Shown: positions 19,059 through 27,825 of the stretch, piece after piece
How the letters are laid out: each line of letters starts with the position of its first letter
Numbering within the stretch: position 1 is the stretch's first letter
DNA from: an uncultured Actinomycetota bacterium
Lineage (GTDB): Bacteria; Actinomycetota; Actinomycetes; JAHEKZ01
Direction: 5' to 3'
DNA length: 64,000 bases
Assembly: GCA_963718235.1 (NCBI GenBank)
Contig: CAVQYR010000001.1
Location: 352,001-416,000 of the forward strand
Translations under genes and position numbers: made by a program
Notes under the pieces: generated by a model
What the model was told of the DNA's origin: nothing
The model's input: only the letters and a program-made list of their open reading frames with translations
Databases searched by the model: none

Positions 19059-22000
19059 GACACAGGCGGAACGAAAGCTCGCCACCGTCCTGTTCGTCGA
19101 CCTGACCGGCTTCACGGCCCTGGCGGCGTCGTTGGATCCCGAGGACGTCTTCTCCCTCATCAGACCGACCATGCTGGACCTCAAGCAGATCGCCGAGGCG
19201 CACGGGGCAACCGTCCCCGAGATCCAGGGTGACGGCTTTATGGCCCTGTTCGGTGTGCCCACCACCCACGAGGACGACGCGGAGCGGGCAGTGCGCGCGG
19301 CGCTGGCCTGCCGCGACCGCATCCGGGTGTTGAACGAGGGCCGCTCCGGGCTCACGATCCCCGAGACGCACTCGGGCGTGAACTCAGGTGAGGTGATGGT
19401 TGGCTCGTCCACGACGGACTTCGGCCTGACCGTGATCGGCGACGTGGTCAACACCGCATCGCGGCTGGCCGATCTCGCGCCCGCGGGAACAGTGATCGTC
19501 GAGGAGGGGACCTGGCAGCGGACCAAGCACGCCATCGGGTACGGGCCACGGCGTACCTTCCGGGCCAAGGGCAAGGCAGAGCCGGTGGCCGCGTTCGAGG
19601 CGCGGGCTCCGCGGACGGCGATGCCGGTCGGTCGGCGGACGCACCCAGGATCGGACTTCGTGGACCGGGTGGCCGAGCGCGAGGAGCTGGCGCAGGAGCT
19701 TCGCACGGTGAGCCGCGAGGGACGGCCGCGGGTCGTCATCGTGGCCGCCGAGCCCGGGGCGGGGAAGACGAGACTCGCCTCGGAGTTCACCCGCCGAAAC
19801 CCCGACCTTCTCGTTCTGGCCGGTCGAGCCACCGCCTACGGGCAGAGCACGCCCGTCTCGCCGCTCGGCGCCGCGGTGGCGGAGATCGTCGGGGTCCCGC
19901 CCGGAACGTCGGCGAAGGCAGGGCTGCGCCGCATCCGTGCCCTCGCCGACCGGATCGCGAGCGGCGGCGAGCGTCGTTCCCTGGTCCGAGGCATGTCCCT
20001 GCTGCTGGGGATCGGGATCGGGGACGAGGACGCAGCCCGCTCGCGGGGCACCGAGGAGGCCATCGCGGCCGCCCGAACCGTGCTCGAGGCGCTCGCCCGC
20101 GAGCGACCGATCGTCGTCCTGCTCGACGACCTGCAGTGGGCCGACCCGGCCGTGGTGGAGGCACTCCGCAGTGTCGGGGACCAGCCGTGGGTCGGTCCGA
20201 TCCTGTTCCTGGGCCTCACCCGTCCGGAATCGCTCCCCAGCCTGACGAACGTTCGAAGGATCGAGCTCGGGGCCATCCCCGGCCCGTTCATGGACGAGCT
20301 CGCCTCCCTCACCCTCGGCCAGGGGTCGGTCACTCCGGAGCTCACCGCCGTCATCTCTCGTGCGGGCGGCAACCCGCTGTTCCTCGAGGAGAGCATCAGC
20401 ATGCTGATGGAGTCGGGCGCGCTGGCCCTGACCGGCTCGGAGTGGGTCGTCGTCGATCCGGTTCAGCTGAGCCGGGTTCCGACGACTGTTCGTGCCGTCG
20501 CCGCCGCTCGACTGGACGGGTTGCCTGCCGACGAGAAGCGGTTGCTCCAGTGCGCTGCGGTCTCAGGCGAGATCACCTGGGACAGACTCCTCGACCGGCT
20601 GGCGCCGGAGATCGACGTGGGCGCGGCTCTGCGACGCCTCGTCGACCGAGACCTGCTGCGTCGACGCCGCGGTTCGCACGTGAGGGGGGCGACCGAGCTC
20701 GTCTTCAAGCATGCGCTGATTCGCGATGTCTCCTACAGCTCGCTGCCCCGTGAGGAACGCGTTCACCTGCACCTGGACGTCGCCGAATGGCTCGTCCAGG
20801 GCGCCCGGCCGTCGCGGGAGCCGGTCGACCAGCTTGCCCAGCACTACTGGCAGGCCTGGAGCCTGGCGACGGCGTCGACGGTCTCTGTTGCACCTGCTGG
20901 CCTGGCTCGGTCGGCGTCGCTGTTCGTCGGGCGCTGGGCCGACGAGACGATGCGCTACCAAGCCCTGGCGGCCGAGTCGCTGTACTCCCGCGCGATCGCC
21001 GTGGATCGGGCCGGCGGGGACGAAGTCGAGCCGGAGCTGTGCACCCGGCATGCGATCGGGCACGCCGAGTGTCTGATCGAGCTGGGCCGCCACGCGGAGG
21101 CCAAGGTCGCCGCCGTCCGGGCGCTCGAGCTCGCCGGAACGCTGGGCGACGAGCGTCTGGAGGCCCGAGCCCTCGTCGCCCTGGGCCGGGTGGAGTCCGA
21201 CGTGGGCGACGATGCCGAAGCTCGCGTGCTGCTCGAGCGGGCACTGGTCGCCTTCCAGACGGTCGGCGACGTGTCCGGGGTGGCGTGGGCCACCCACAGG
21301 CTGTCAGAGCTGTCCGCCCGGACTGACTACGCCGAGAGTCTGGAGTACCTGCGGGTGGCTCACCGGCTGTTCGTCGAGTCCGGCGACCACTGGGGGCGGG
21401 TGATCTCAGCCCAGGACCTGGCCTACATGTTGAGCATGGTGGGAGGCGCGGAGTTCCGCCGCTGGTACCGCGAGTGTGAGCGGCTGGCTGAGGGTGAAGG
21501 CGACCTGCGGTCGCGGGCTGCGTTGCTGCGGACGCTCGGTTACCACCAGTACTACTGCGGAGAGCACGAGGCGGCCATCGCGACCATGCACGAGGCCGGA
21601 CCGGTCGCCCGAGCCGCCGGCGACCGCTATGCGCTGGCGGATGCCTTGCTGATCGAGGCCCTGGCTGCGGCGGCCGTGAGTCCGCCCAAGGAAGCATGGG
21701 TCGCTGCGGAGGCGGTCGTGACGTTCGGAGGTGACATCCAGTCGGACCGGTTGAAGGGCCTCGGACTGGCTGCTGAGGGCCGGGCGGCCTTGCGCGGTGG
21801 TGACCCGCGCCGCGCGACCCGCTGCCTCACTGCCTGCCGACGCACTCTCGGTCGGCTGGGCGCCCGCGCTGAGCTGGCCGAGGCGGACCTGATCACAGCC
21901 GAGGTGATGCTCGACCGAGGGGCGTGGGGGAGGGTCCGCGAGCCCGCGATGAACGGCGCCCGAGAAGCCGTGGCGAACTCGATGACCCTCGTCGAGCCCA

Positions 22001-22485
22001 TCGGGCCGCTCCTGGTCGGCCGGGCGGCGCTCGGCGCCGGTGACCTCGCGCAGGCGAGCACGGTGCTGACCCAGGCAGTCGCGCTGGCCCGCGGCTCCGG
22101 GGCGAGTGGAACCCTCGCCGTGGCGCGTGCCGCGCGAGACCAGGCACTGCTCCTGTCGGCCCGAAAACCTCGTCCCCGTCGACTTCGAGGGCCAGGAGTC
22201 GTGGCCCAGGCGATAGAGGAGGAGAACCACGGTCTGGTGTGCCTGTGGGAGCAGCGGTACGAGGACGCTGCCGTGTCGTTGCAGCGCGCCGTTGACCACT
22301 GGGGGCTCCTCGGCTCGACGGTGTGGCTGGCCCGCGCCCTGGTGATGCTCGGCGACGCGCGTCGACGGGCAGGCGATCGATCGGGGTCGGCGTCCGCGCG
22401 ATCACGCGCCCGACGGGTGCTCGCGCGGCTGGACACACCCGATGCCGAGCGTCAGGACGTGATGGATGTCCTGAGCCGTTGGTGA
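19051..22485 (+). CDS. Class III nucleotide cyclase fused to a STAND/AAA ATPase and TPR-like repeats
   Basis: Cyclase motifs FVDLTGFT, EIQGDG and VIGDVVNTASRL. Walker A AEPGAGKT, Walker B LLDDLQWAD, GGNPLFLEE. Long helical repeat C-terminus. Confidence 0.93.
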   Translation: MPETQAERKLATVLFVDLTGFTALAASLDPEDVFSLIRPTMLDLKQIAEAHGATVPEIQGDGFMALFGVPTTHEDDAERAVRAALACRDRIRVLNEGRSGLTIPETHSGVNSGEVMVGSSTTDFGLTVIGDVVNTASRLADLAPAGTVIVEEGTWQRTKHAIGYGPRRTFRAKGKAEPVAAFEARAPRTAMPVGRRTHPGSDFVDRVAEREELAQELRTVSREGRPRVVIVAAEPGAGKTRLASEFTRRNPDLLVLAGRATAYGQSTPVSPLGAAVAEIVGVPPGTSAKAGLRRIRALADRIASGGERRSLVRGMSLLLGIGIGDEDAARSRGTEEAIAAARTVLEALARERPIVVLLDDLQWADPAVVEALRSVGDQPWVGPILFLGLTRPESLPSLTNVRRIELGAIPGPFMDELASLTLGQGSVTPELTAVISRAGGNPLFLEESISMLMESGALALTGSEWVVVDPVQLSRVPTTVRAVAAARLDGLPADEKRLLQCAAVSGEITWDRLLDRLAPEIDVGAALRRLVDRDLLRRRRGSHVRGATELVFKHALIRDVSYSSLPREERVHLHLDVAEWLVQGARPSREPVDQLAQHYWQAWSLATASTVSVAPAGLARSASLFVGRWADETMRYQALAAESLYSRAIAVDRAGGDEVEPELCTRHAIGHAECLIELGRHAEAKVAAVRALELAGTLGDERLEARALVALGRVESDVGDDAEARVLLERALVAFQTVGDVSGVAWATHRLSELSARTDYAESLEYLRVAHRLFVESGDHWGRVISAQDLAYMLSMVGGAEFRRWYRECERLAEGEGDLRSRAALLRTLGYHQYYCGEHEAAIATMHEAGPVARAAGDRYALADALLIEALAAAAVSPPKEAWVAAEAVVTFGGDIQSDRLKGLGLAAEGRAALRGGDPRRATRCLTACRRTLGRLGARAELAEADLITAEVMLDRGAWGRVREPAMNGAREAVANSMTLVEPIGPLLVGRAALGAGDLAQASTVLTQAVALARGSGASGTLAVARAARDQALLLSARKPRPRRLRGPGVVAQAIEEENHGLVCLWEQRYEDAAVSLQRAVDHWGLLGSTVWLARALVMLGDARRRAGDRSGSASARSRARRVLARLDTPDAERQDVMDVLSRW

Positions 22486-22544
22486 CACCGACTGGGTGAG
22501 CGCGCAGACCTCGCTGCGGTCGCGGTCCCTCGGTGAAGCAACGG

Positions 22545-22700
22545 GATCGGCCCGGGCGACCCGGACGGCGAAACACCCAGGACGGGCGTTGTGCATGTGC
22601 ACGAAGTCGACCCGCGTGTCCAAGAACAGCCGGTCGAGCTCTGCTTCGAGCTTCGTGCCCTCGACGACCTCGGCGTCGGCCATCATGGCCGCGGCGTCTG
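22545..22700 (-). pseudogene. C-terminal remnant of a DUF1203-like protein
   Basis: MMADAEVVEG..LFLDTRVDFVHMHNARPGCFAVRVAR; N-terminal half missing. Confidence 0.6.
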
Positions 22701-22829
22701 GGCGTCAATGCCACTCTCGCGGATCGCAGGCCGCGAGACCGGCGAGTTTCGGACCGGGCATGGGCGTGCCGACCGCTGGGGACGCAGCGCGGCGGGTGAG
22801 GTCAGGGCGGTCGGACTCCCAGCGGCACG

Positions 22830-22896
22830 TGTCGCACAGCTGACAGCCCCCCTGTCGCCCAGACGACAGACAGACCCTGGACAGGCGGTGCACACT
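22830..22896 (+). promoter_or_regulatory. Tandem CRP-like boxes and a -10-like element upstream of the peptide gene
   Basis: TGTCG-N6-TGACA (22830-22845) and the perfect palindrome TGTCG-N6-CGACA (22853-22868). CACACT at 22891-22896 is 30.5 bp from the centre of the second box. Confidence 0.65.
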
Positions 22897-22951
22897 GAGT
22901 ACGTCAGAACGGCCCGGTCCCCCCGGGACCACTCCAACGGAGGAGCGCACC

Positions 22952-23104
22952 ATGTCAGACACCACCCAGCCCGACGCCACCCAGCCCACACCCGAAGACG
23001 ACACCGAAGGCTCGATCCTGCGGCACCCGAAGGCACAGGTCGAGGACGAGACGGCCGTCGAGGACGACACCCAAGGTCACATCGCGAGGGGCCACGGCAA
23101 GTAG
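22952..23104 (+). CDS. 50-aa acidic repeat peptide (putative precursor peptide); not in the ORF track
   Basis: GGAGGA SD at 22939-22944. Translation MSDTTQPDATQPTPEDDTEGSILRHPKAQVEDETAVEDDTQGHIARGHGK*, with GC-rich third positions and a strong hairpin downstream. Confidence 0.8.
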   Translation: MSDTTQPDATQPTPEDDTEGSILRHPKAQVEDETAVEDDTQGHIARGHGK

Positions 23105-23191
23105 ATCGTCGAGGACACCGACGCGAAGGCGTCCACGTACTCAGACCTGCGGGGACTGCTGCCGGGTTCGGAAATCCGGCGACGAGTGATC

Positions 23192-23239
23192 AACACCGAG
23201 CCTGGCCCGGATCACACGATCCGGGCCAGGCTCGGTGTT
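23192..23239 (+). terminator. Perfect 22-bp stem-loop (terminator or transcript stabiliser)
   Basis: AACACCGAGCCTGGCCCGGATC-ACAC-GATCCGGGCCAGGCTCGGTGTT. Confidence 0.8.
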
Positions 23240-23384
23240 CGCATGACGTCGACGGCCATGAGTGGGCGCCCGGGAGGTACGGGTGGAGCAGTGCACGGCG
23301 CACCCATCGACCCCTGGCCCACCCTTGACCCGACGCGGGGCCCGCACCCATGATCCGCTGCAGGTTCCGACGAGGGAGCGAGCG

Positions 23385-25058
23385 GTGAGCGATCGATCGT
23401 CCGGAGGGTTTCGCTCAGCCCTGGCCCGGGCGGACTTCCGCAACCTGCTGTCCGGACTCGTCGTCTCGGGCACCGGCGACTGGATGTACAACGTCGCCCT
23501 GTTCGTGTACGTGCTGGACCGGACCGGTTCGCCGGGCTGGGTGGCCGCTGTCAGTGCGGTCAAGCTGCTGCCGGTCCTCCTCTTCAGCAGCGTCGGCGGT
23601 GTGGTCGCCGATCGGTACGACCGCCGGCGAGTGATGCTGGTCTCCGACCTGATCCGGGCGTTCCTCATGGTGGCGCTTGCGCTGATGGTCGGCGTCGACG
23701 GACCCCTCGCGTTCCTGCTGTTGATCGTGGCGGGGAGCTCGCTGGTCGGTACTCCCTACTACCCCGCAGTTGGTGCGCTGACCCCGAGCATGGTCGACGA
23801 GGACGACCTCGCAGCCGCAAACGCACTCAACGGCGCCGTGGACAACATCACGATCACGCTCGGGCCGGCTCTGGGCTCGGTCCTGCTCCTGCTTGGCTCA
23901 CCCTCCACGGCGATCGCCCTGAACGCAGTCACGTTTCTGGTGTCGGCGGCGTTCGTCTGGCGCATCCGGGGTCCGGCTCCCGGCGATCCGGACGCGAGCT
24001 CGCAGACGCTTCGGAGCCGCCTGGCGGCCGGGCTTGGAGCGATGACGCGTTCGCCGGACATCATGCTGCTGGTGCTCGTCTCGCTGGGGTTCACGCTGAC
24101 CTTCGGTATGGAGATCGTGCTGTTCCCGCTCATTGCCGATGAGCTGCTCGGAACCGGTGCGCAAGGCCTGGGGTGGCTGCTCGGGGCGTCCGGGCTGGGT
24201 GGGGTGCTCGGTACCTACGTTGCTGGGCGTCTGGCCGGCCGGCCACGGACCGCGATCATCCTGGTCGGGTCGGCGCTCCTGACGGCGTTGCCCCTGCTGG
24301 CGCTCACCGTGATCAGCCAGCCCGTGGTCGCGTACGCGGTGCTCCTGGCCGAGGGAGTGGGGTTCGTCGTCGGCGACGTCATCGCTGTGACGACGATCCA
24401 GCGGGTTGCTCCCGGCGAGGTGGTGGGTCGCGTGCTCGGCCTGCTCGGCACCGTGTTCGTCGGGGGGATCCTCGTCGGCAACCTGGTCGCGGGTGTGGCC
24501 GTCGACGCGGTCGGACTGGAAGGGGCCATGGTCCTCGGCTCGGCGTGCCTGATCGTGAGCGGACTGGCCGCGCTGCCTCGCGCCCGTCGGCTGGACCGTC
24601 AGTCGGCCGAGAGCGCGGCTGCGGTCGCGGACCGCGTCGCGTTGCTCCGACGACTGCGCATCTTCGACGGAGCCTCCCAGGCGACTCTGGAGTCGGTAGC
24701 CGCCGCTGCGACGGACCTTCACGTCACGCCCGGCACCGTGGTTGTCCGCGAGGGCGACACCGGGGACGCCTTCTACGTGGTGAGGACCGGCAGCTTCATG
24801 GTCAGTCCGGTCGGCCGGACGCTCGGAGCGGACGACTACTTCGGTGAGATCGGAATCCTCGAACGGGTGCCCCGCACCGCCACCGTCACCTCCACGACCG
24901 ACGCCGACCTGTACCGGATCGAGGCCGATGCGTTCGTCGCGGCGATCAACGAGGCCCCGGCCGGCATGCTTCGCCTGGCGGACACCCTGGCCGGGCGACT
25001 GGCCCGCACCCACCCGTCCCGCCGCGCCACGTTCAGCGGGCGTGAGCCCAGCGAGTAG
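23385..25058 (+). CDS. MFS transporter with a C-terminal cyclic-nucleotide-binding domain
   Basis: MFS motif GGVVADRYDRRRV and about 12 TM segments. C-terminal VVREGDTGDAFYVV...FGEIGILERVPRTATV. Confidence 0.9.
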   Translation: MSDRSSGGFRSALARADFRNLLSGLVVSGTGDWMYNVALFVYVLDRTGSPGWVAAVSAVKLLPVLLFSSVGGVVADRYDRRRVMLVSDLIRAFLMVALALMVGVDGPLAFLLLIVAGSSLVGTPYYPAVGALTPSMVDEDDLAAANALNGAVDNITITLGPALGSVLLLLGSPSTAIALNAVTFLVSAAFVWRIRGPAPGDPDASSQTLRSRLAAGLGAMTRSPDIMLLVLVSLGFTLTFGMEIVLFPLIADELLGTGAQGLGWLLGASGLGGVLGTYVAGRLAGRPRTAIILVGSALLTALPLLALTVISQPVVAYAVLLAEGVGFVVGDVIAVTTIQRVAPGEVVGRVLGLLGTVFVGGILVGNLVAGVAVDAVGLEGAMVLGSACLIVSGLAALPRARRLDRQSAESAAAVADRVALLRRLRIFDGASQATLESVAAAATDLHVTPGTVVVREGDTGDAFYVVRTGSFMVSPVGRTLGADDYFGEIGILERVPRTATVTSTTDADLYRIEADAFVAAINEAPAGMLRLADTLAGRLARTHPSRRATFSGREPSE

Positions 25059-25132
25059 CGCGAGACGGGTTCCCGACGGCGACCCGGCCGGATCCCATGC
25101 GTCCGGCCCCCGCCACCGCTAGCATCCGATCA

Positions 25133-25870
25133 ATGGACAGCAACGAGCTCGTCGCGCGGCTCGCGGACCTTGCCGGCGAGCTCGGGCCGGGGCTGGAACC
25201 CCCTGGGGCAACCGACCAGCTGCAGGACATCGTCGAGACCGTTCGGGACCTTCTGGGCTCTGCGGCGTGCTCGGTCGCCGCAGTCGACCGTGACGAGGGA
25301 ACCCTTGTGTTCGTTGCCGCCACCGGGGAGGGCGCGGACCGCGTGGTCGGCGCCCAGATGCCGCTGTCGAAGGGGATCGCGGGCTGGGTCGTCGCCTCGG
25401 GGCAGTCGCTCACTGTCTCGGACACGGCACAGGACTCCCGCTTCGCCGCCGACGTCGCCACCTCGACGGGGTACGTACCCACCTCGTTGCTGGCTGTGCC
25501 ACTCCACAGCGACGACGACGTGCTCGGCATTCTGGAGGTCCTCGACGCCACAGTCGAGCCGGACGCCGGCACCTCACGGCTGCTGGAGCTGTTGGCCCAG
25601 CAGGCCACGCTGACCCTGCAGACCCGCCGAGTCTTCGCCGACCTGGGCTTCGTCCTGCTGCAGGCCCTGAAGGGTGCGGATCAAGGTGGCGACCTGAGTG
25701 ATGCTCTCGACGCGGTGGTGACCGGCAGCAGTGGGTCGGTCAGGGAGCTGGCGAGGCTTGCCACGCTGTTCCAGTCCCTGGGTCGACTCGGCCCTGACGA
25801 ACGGTCTGCGGCGACGCGCATGCTGACGACGTTCGTCTCGTACGCGCAACAGGCGGCACCACAGCCGTGA
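25133..25870 (+). CDS. Stand-alone GAF-domain protein
   Basis: GIAGWVVASGQSL..D...DSRF and SLLAVPL...LGILEVLD. TAGCAT lies 7 nt before the ATG (leaderless-type start). Confidence 0.88.
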   Translation: MDSNELVARLADLAGELGPGLEPPGATDQLQDIVETVRDLLGSAACSVAAVDRDEGTLVFVAATGEGADRVVGAQMPLSKGIAGWVVASGQSLTVSDTAQDSRFAADVATSTGYVPTSLLAVPLHSDDDVLGILEVLDATVEPDAGTSRLLELLAQQATLTLQTRRVFADLGFVLLQALKGADQGGDLSDALDAVVTGSSGSVRELARLATLFQSLGRLGPDERSAATRMLTTFVSYAQQAAPQP

Positions 25871-26685
25871 AGCCCGCGTACACCTGGCAGTTCGACCCCC
25901 GCCACCTCGAGTCGGTGCCCGTCGACCTCCCGGTCGCGATCACCCCCGAGTGGGCGTGGGAGGGCAGCACTGGGGCCGGGGTCAAGGTCGCCATCGTCGA
26001 CAGCGGCGTCGACCCTGGGCACCGATGGGTCGGCTCGGTCGCCGGCGGAGTGGCCGTGGAGTACGACCCCGAGCTGGTTGCGCGGGTCCGGTTCGACGAG
26101 GGGCCCCACGAGGACCTGTTCGGGCACGGCACAGCATGCGCCGCGATCGTGCGCAAGACCGCTCCTGATGCGGAGATGTACAGCATCCGTGTGCTCGGCT
26201 CACGTCTGAGCGGCAAGGGCTTCGTCTTTGCGGCCGGTCTTCAGTGGGCCATCGAGCACGGTATGCAGGTCGTCAACCTGAGCCTGTCGACGCCGAGCCG
26301 GGCTCACTTCGCCGCGTTCCACCGTCTCGTCGACGAGGCGGCCCGTCGGCGGATCATGGTGGTGTCCGCCATGAACAACTGGCCCGGTCGCTCATACCCG
26401 TCGGAGTTCTCCGGGGTGTTCAGCGTCGCTGCCCACGAGGGCACCGACCCATACGCGTTCGACGTCAATCCGCGCCCTCCGGCCGAGTGGGGGGCTCCAG
26501 GGATCGACCTCGAGGTCGCGAGCCTGGGCGGGTCGACGATTCGGGCCACCGGCAACAGCTTCGCATCTCCGCACATGGCGGGACTGATCGCGAAGATCCT
26601 GGGCAAGCACCCCGACCTCACGGTCTTCCAGATGAAGGCGATCCTGCAGTCCCTGGCCCGTAACGCAGTCTCGGCGTCTGCCTAG
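25867..26685 (+). CDS. Minimal S8 (subtilisin-like) serine peptidase
   Basis: Catalytic triad motifs IVDSG, GHGTACA and GNSFASPH. No signal peptide or long propeptide. GTGA overlap with the GAF gene. Confidence 0.92.
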   Translation: MKPAYTWQFDPRHLESVPVDLPVAITPEWAWEGSTGAGVKVAIVDSGVDPGHRWVGSVAGGVAVEYDPELVARVRFDEGPHEDLFGHGTACAAIVRKTAPDAEMYSIRVLGSRLSGKGFVFAAGLQWAIEHGMQVVNLSLSTPSRAHFAAFHRLVDEAARRRIMVVSAMNNWPGRSYPSEFSGVFSVAAHEGTDPYAFDVNPRPPAEWGAPGIDLEVASLGGSTIRATGNSFASPHMAGLIAKILGKHPDLTVFQMKAILQSLARNAVSASA

Positions 26686-27371
26686 CCCCCAGCTCGGCGC
26701 TCCAACTGCGCGAAGTTCGTCACGGTCACATGTCGACCGTCGATGGTGATCCAGCCGCGCTCGGCAAAGCGGTGCAGCGCCTGGTTCAGGCTCTGCCGCG
26801 ACACCCCCACCATCTCGGCGAGCTCAGTCTGCGACAGAGGCAGGTCGACGGCGACGGGAGCTCCCTGGCCAGCGACCCGCTCTCGATCAGCCAGGCCGAC
26901 CAGCAGCTTCGCGACTCGTGCCTGCACGTCGAGGAACACCAGATCGCCGGTCTGCTCGGTGAGCCGACGGACCAGCGTGCCCAGAGACCGCAGCAGTCCA
27001 TCGACCAGTGCCGGCTCGTTGTGAAGTGCGTCGAGCAGGTCCTGGCGCCGGAGGGTGAACACGGTGGTGGGCTCCACCGCGACGGCCGACGTCGAGCGAG
27101 ACCCGCCGTCGACCAGGGACAGCTCGCCGAACGTCTCAGTCGGGCCGACCGTGGCCAACAGCATCTCGCGTCCGTCCGGTGACGCGATGGTGATCTTGAC
27201 CAGCCCCGAGACGACCAGGTACAGCGTGTCGCCCGGGTCCCCCTCGTGGAACAGGGTGTGACCGGCGGCGAACGACCGGCGAACGGCGCCGTCGTTGAGC
27301 CGCCGCAGGAACTTGGTGTCCAGACCGGCGAACAGCTCGGTCCCCGACAGTGGGACTTCGTTGGGTTCCAT
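26682..27371 (-). CDS. Crp/Fnr-family transcriptional regulator
   Basis: FHEGDPGD, FGELSLVDGGSRS and HTH LSQTELAEMVGVSRQSLNQAL. Confidence 0.93.
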   Translation of the reverse strand: MEPNEVPLSGTELFAGLDTKFLRRLNDGAVRRSFAAGHTLFHEGDPGDTLYLVVSGLVKITIASPDGREMLLATVGPTETFGELSLVDGGSRSTSAVAVEPTTVFTLRRQDLLDALHNEPALVDGLLRSLGTLVRRLTEQTGDLVFLDVQARVAKLLVGLADRERVAGQGAPVAVDLPLSQTELAEMVGVSRQSLNQALHRFAERGWITIDGRHVTVTNFAQLERRAGG

Positions 27372-27402
27372 GCGGCGAAAGGTGGCAGCCTCGCTGCCCG
27401 CG

Positions 27403-27825
27403 CTAGCCGAGCTTCGCTTCAGAGGCGCGGATTGTCTCGCAGAGTCCGACCAGGATCTTGCGCGTCAGAGCCGGGTTGTCGTCGAGCAACGGCTGGAACT
27501 TCCAGGCGGGAAGGGACAGCGTGCGCATGGCTGACTCGGTCTTCACGGTCGCGCTTCGTGGTTTGCCGTCGATGACCGAGATCTCCCCGAAGTAGTCACC
27601 GGGCGCGAGAGTCCGGATCGTGCGAGCGCCTTGGCTGACTGTCGCCGTTCCGTCGAGGATCAGGTGGAAACCGACCGAACCCCCGCCCTCCTCGACGACC
27701 TCGTGGCCGGCTTGGTGCTCGACGGTGCGGGAGGCGCTCACGACCGCATTGAGCTCCTTGTCCGAGAGCCCTTCGAACAACGGCACCGACTTCAGCCGCT
27801 GGAGCAGGTCCTTGTCCGCCGCCAT
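27403..27825 (-). CDS. Stand-alone cyclic-nucleotide-binding protein
   Basis: LKSVPLFEGLS...GDYFGEISVIDGKPRSATV; GGAGG SD before the ATG. Confidence 0.9.
   Translation of the reverse strand: MAADKDLLQRLKSVPLFEGLSDKELNAVVSASRTVEHQAGHEVVEEGGGSVGFHLILDGTATVSQGARTIRTLAPGDYFGEISVIDGKPRSATVKTESAMRTLSLPAWKFQPLLDDNPALTRKILVGLCETIRASEAKLG

Noticed and set aside
22952-23240. CRISPR array or tandem DNA repeat
   Set aside because: The repeats are short, codon-level (GTCGAGGAC) and inside a coding frame; no regular repeat-spacer pattern and no cas genes in the window.
23102-23353. Stop-codon read-through extension of the peptide
   Set aside because: The frame stays open after the TAG but crosses the hairpin and loses the motif; no evidence for recoding.
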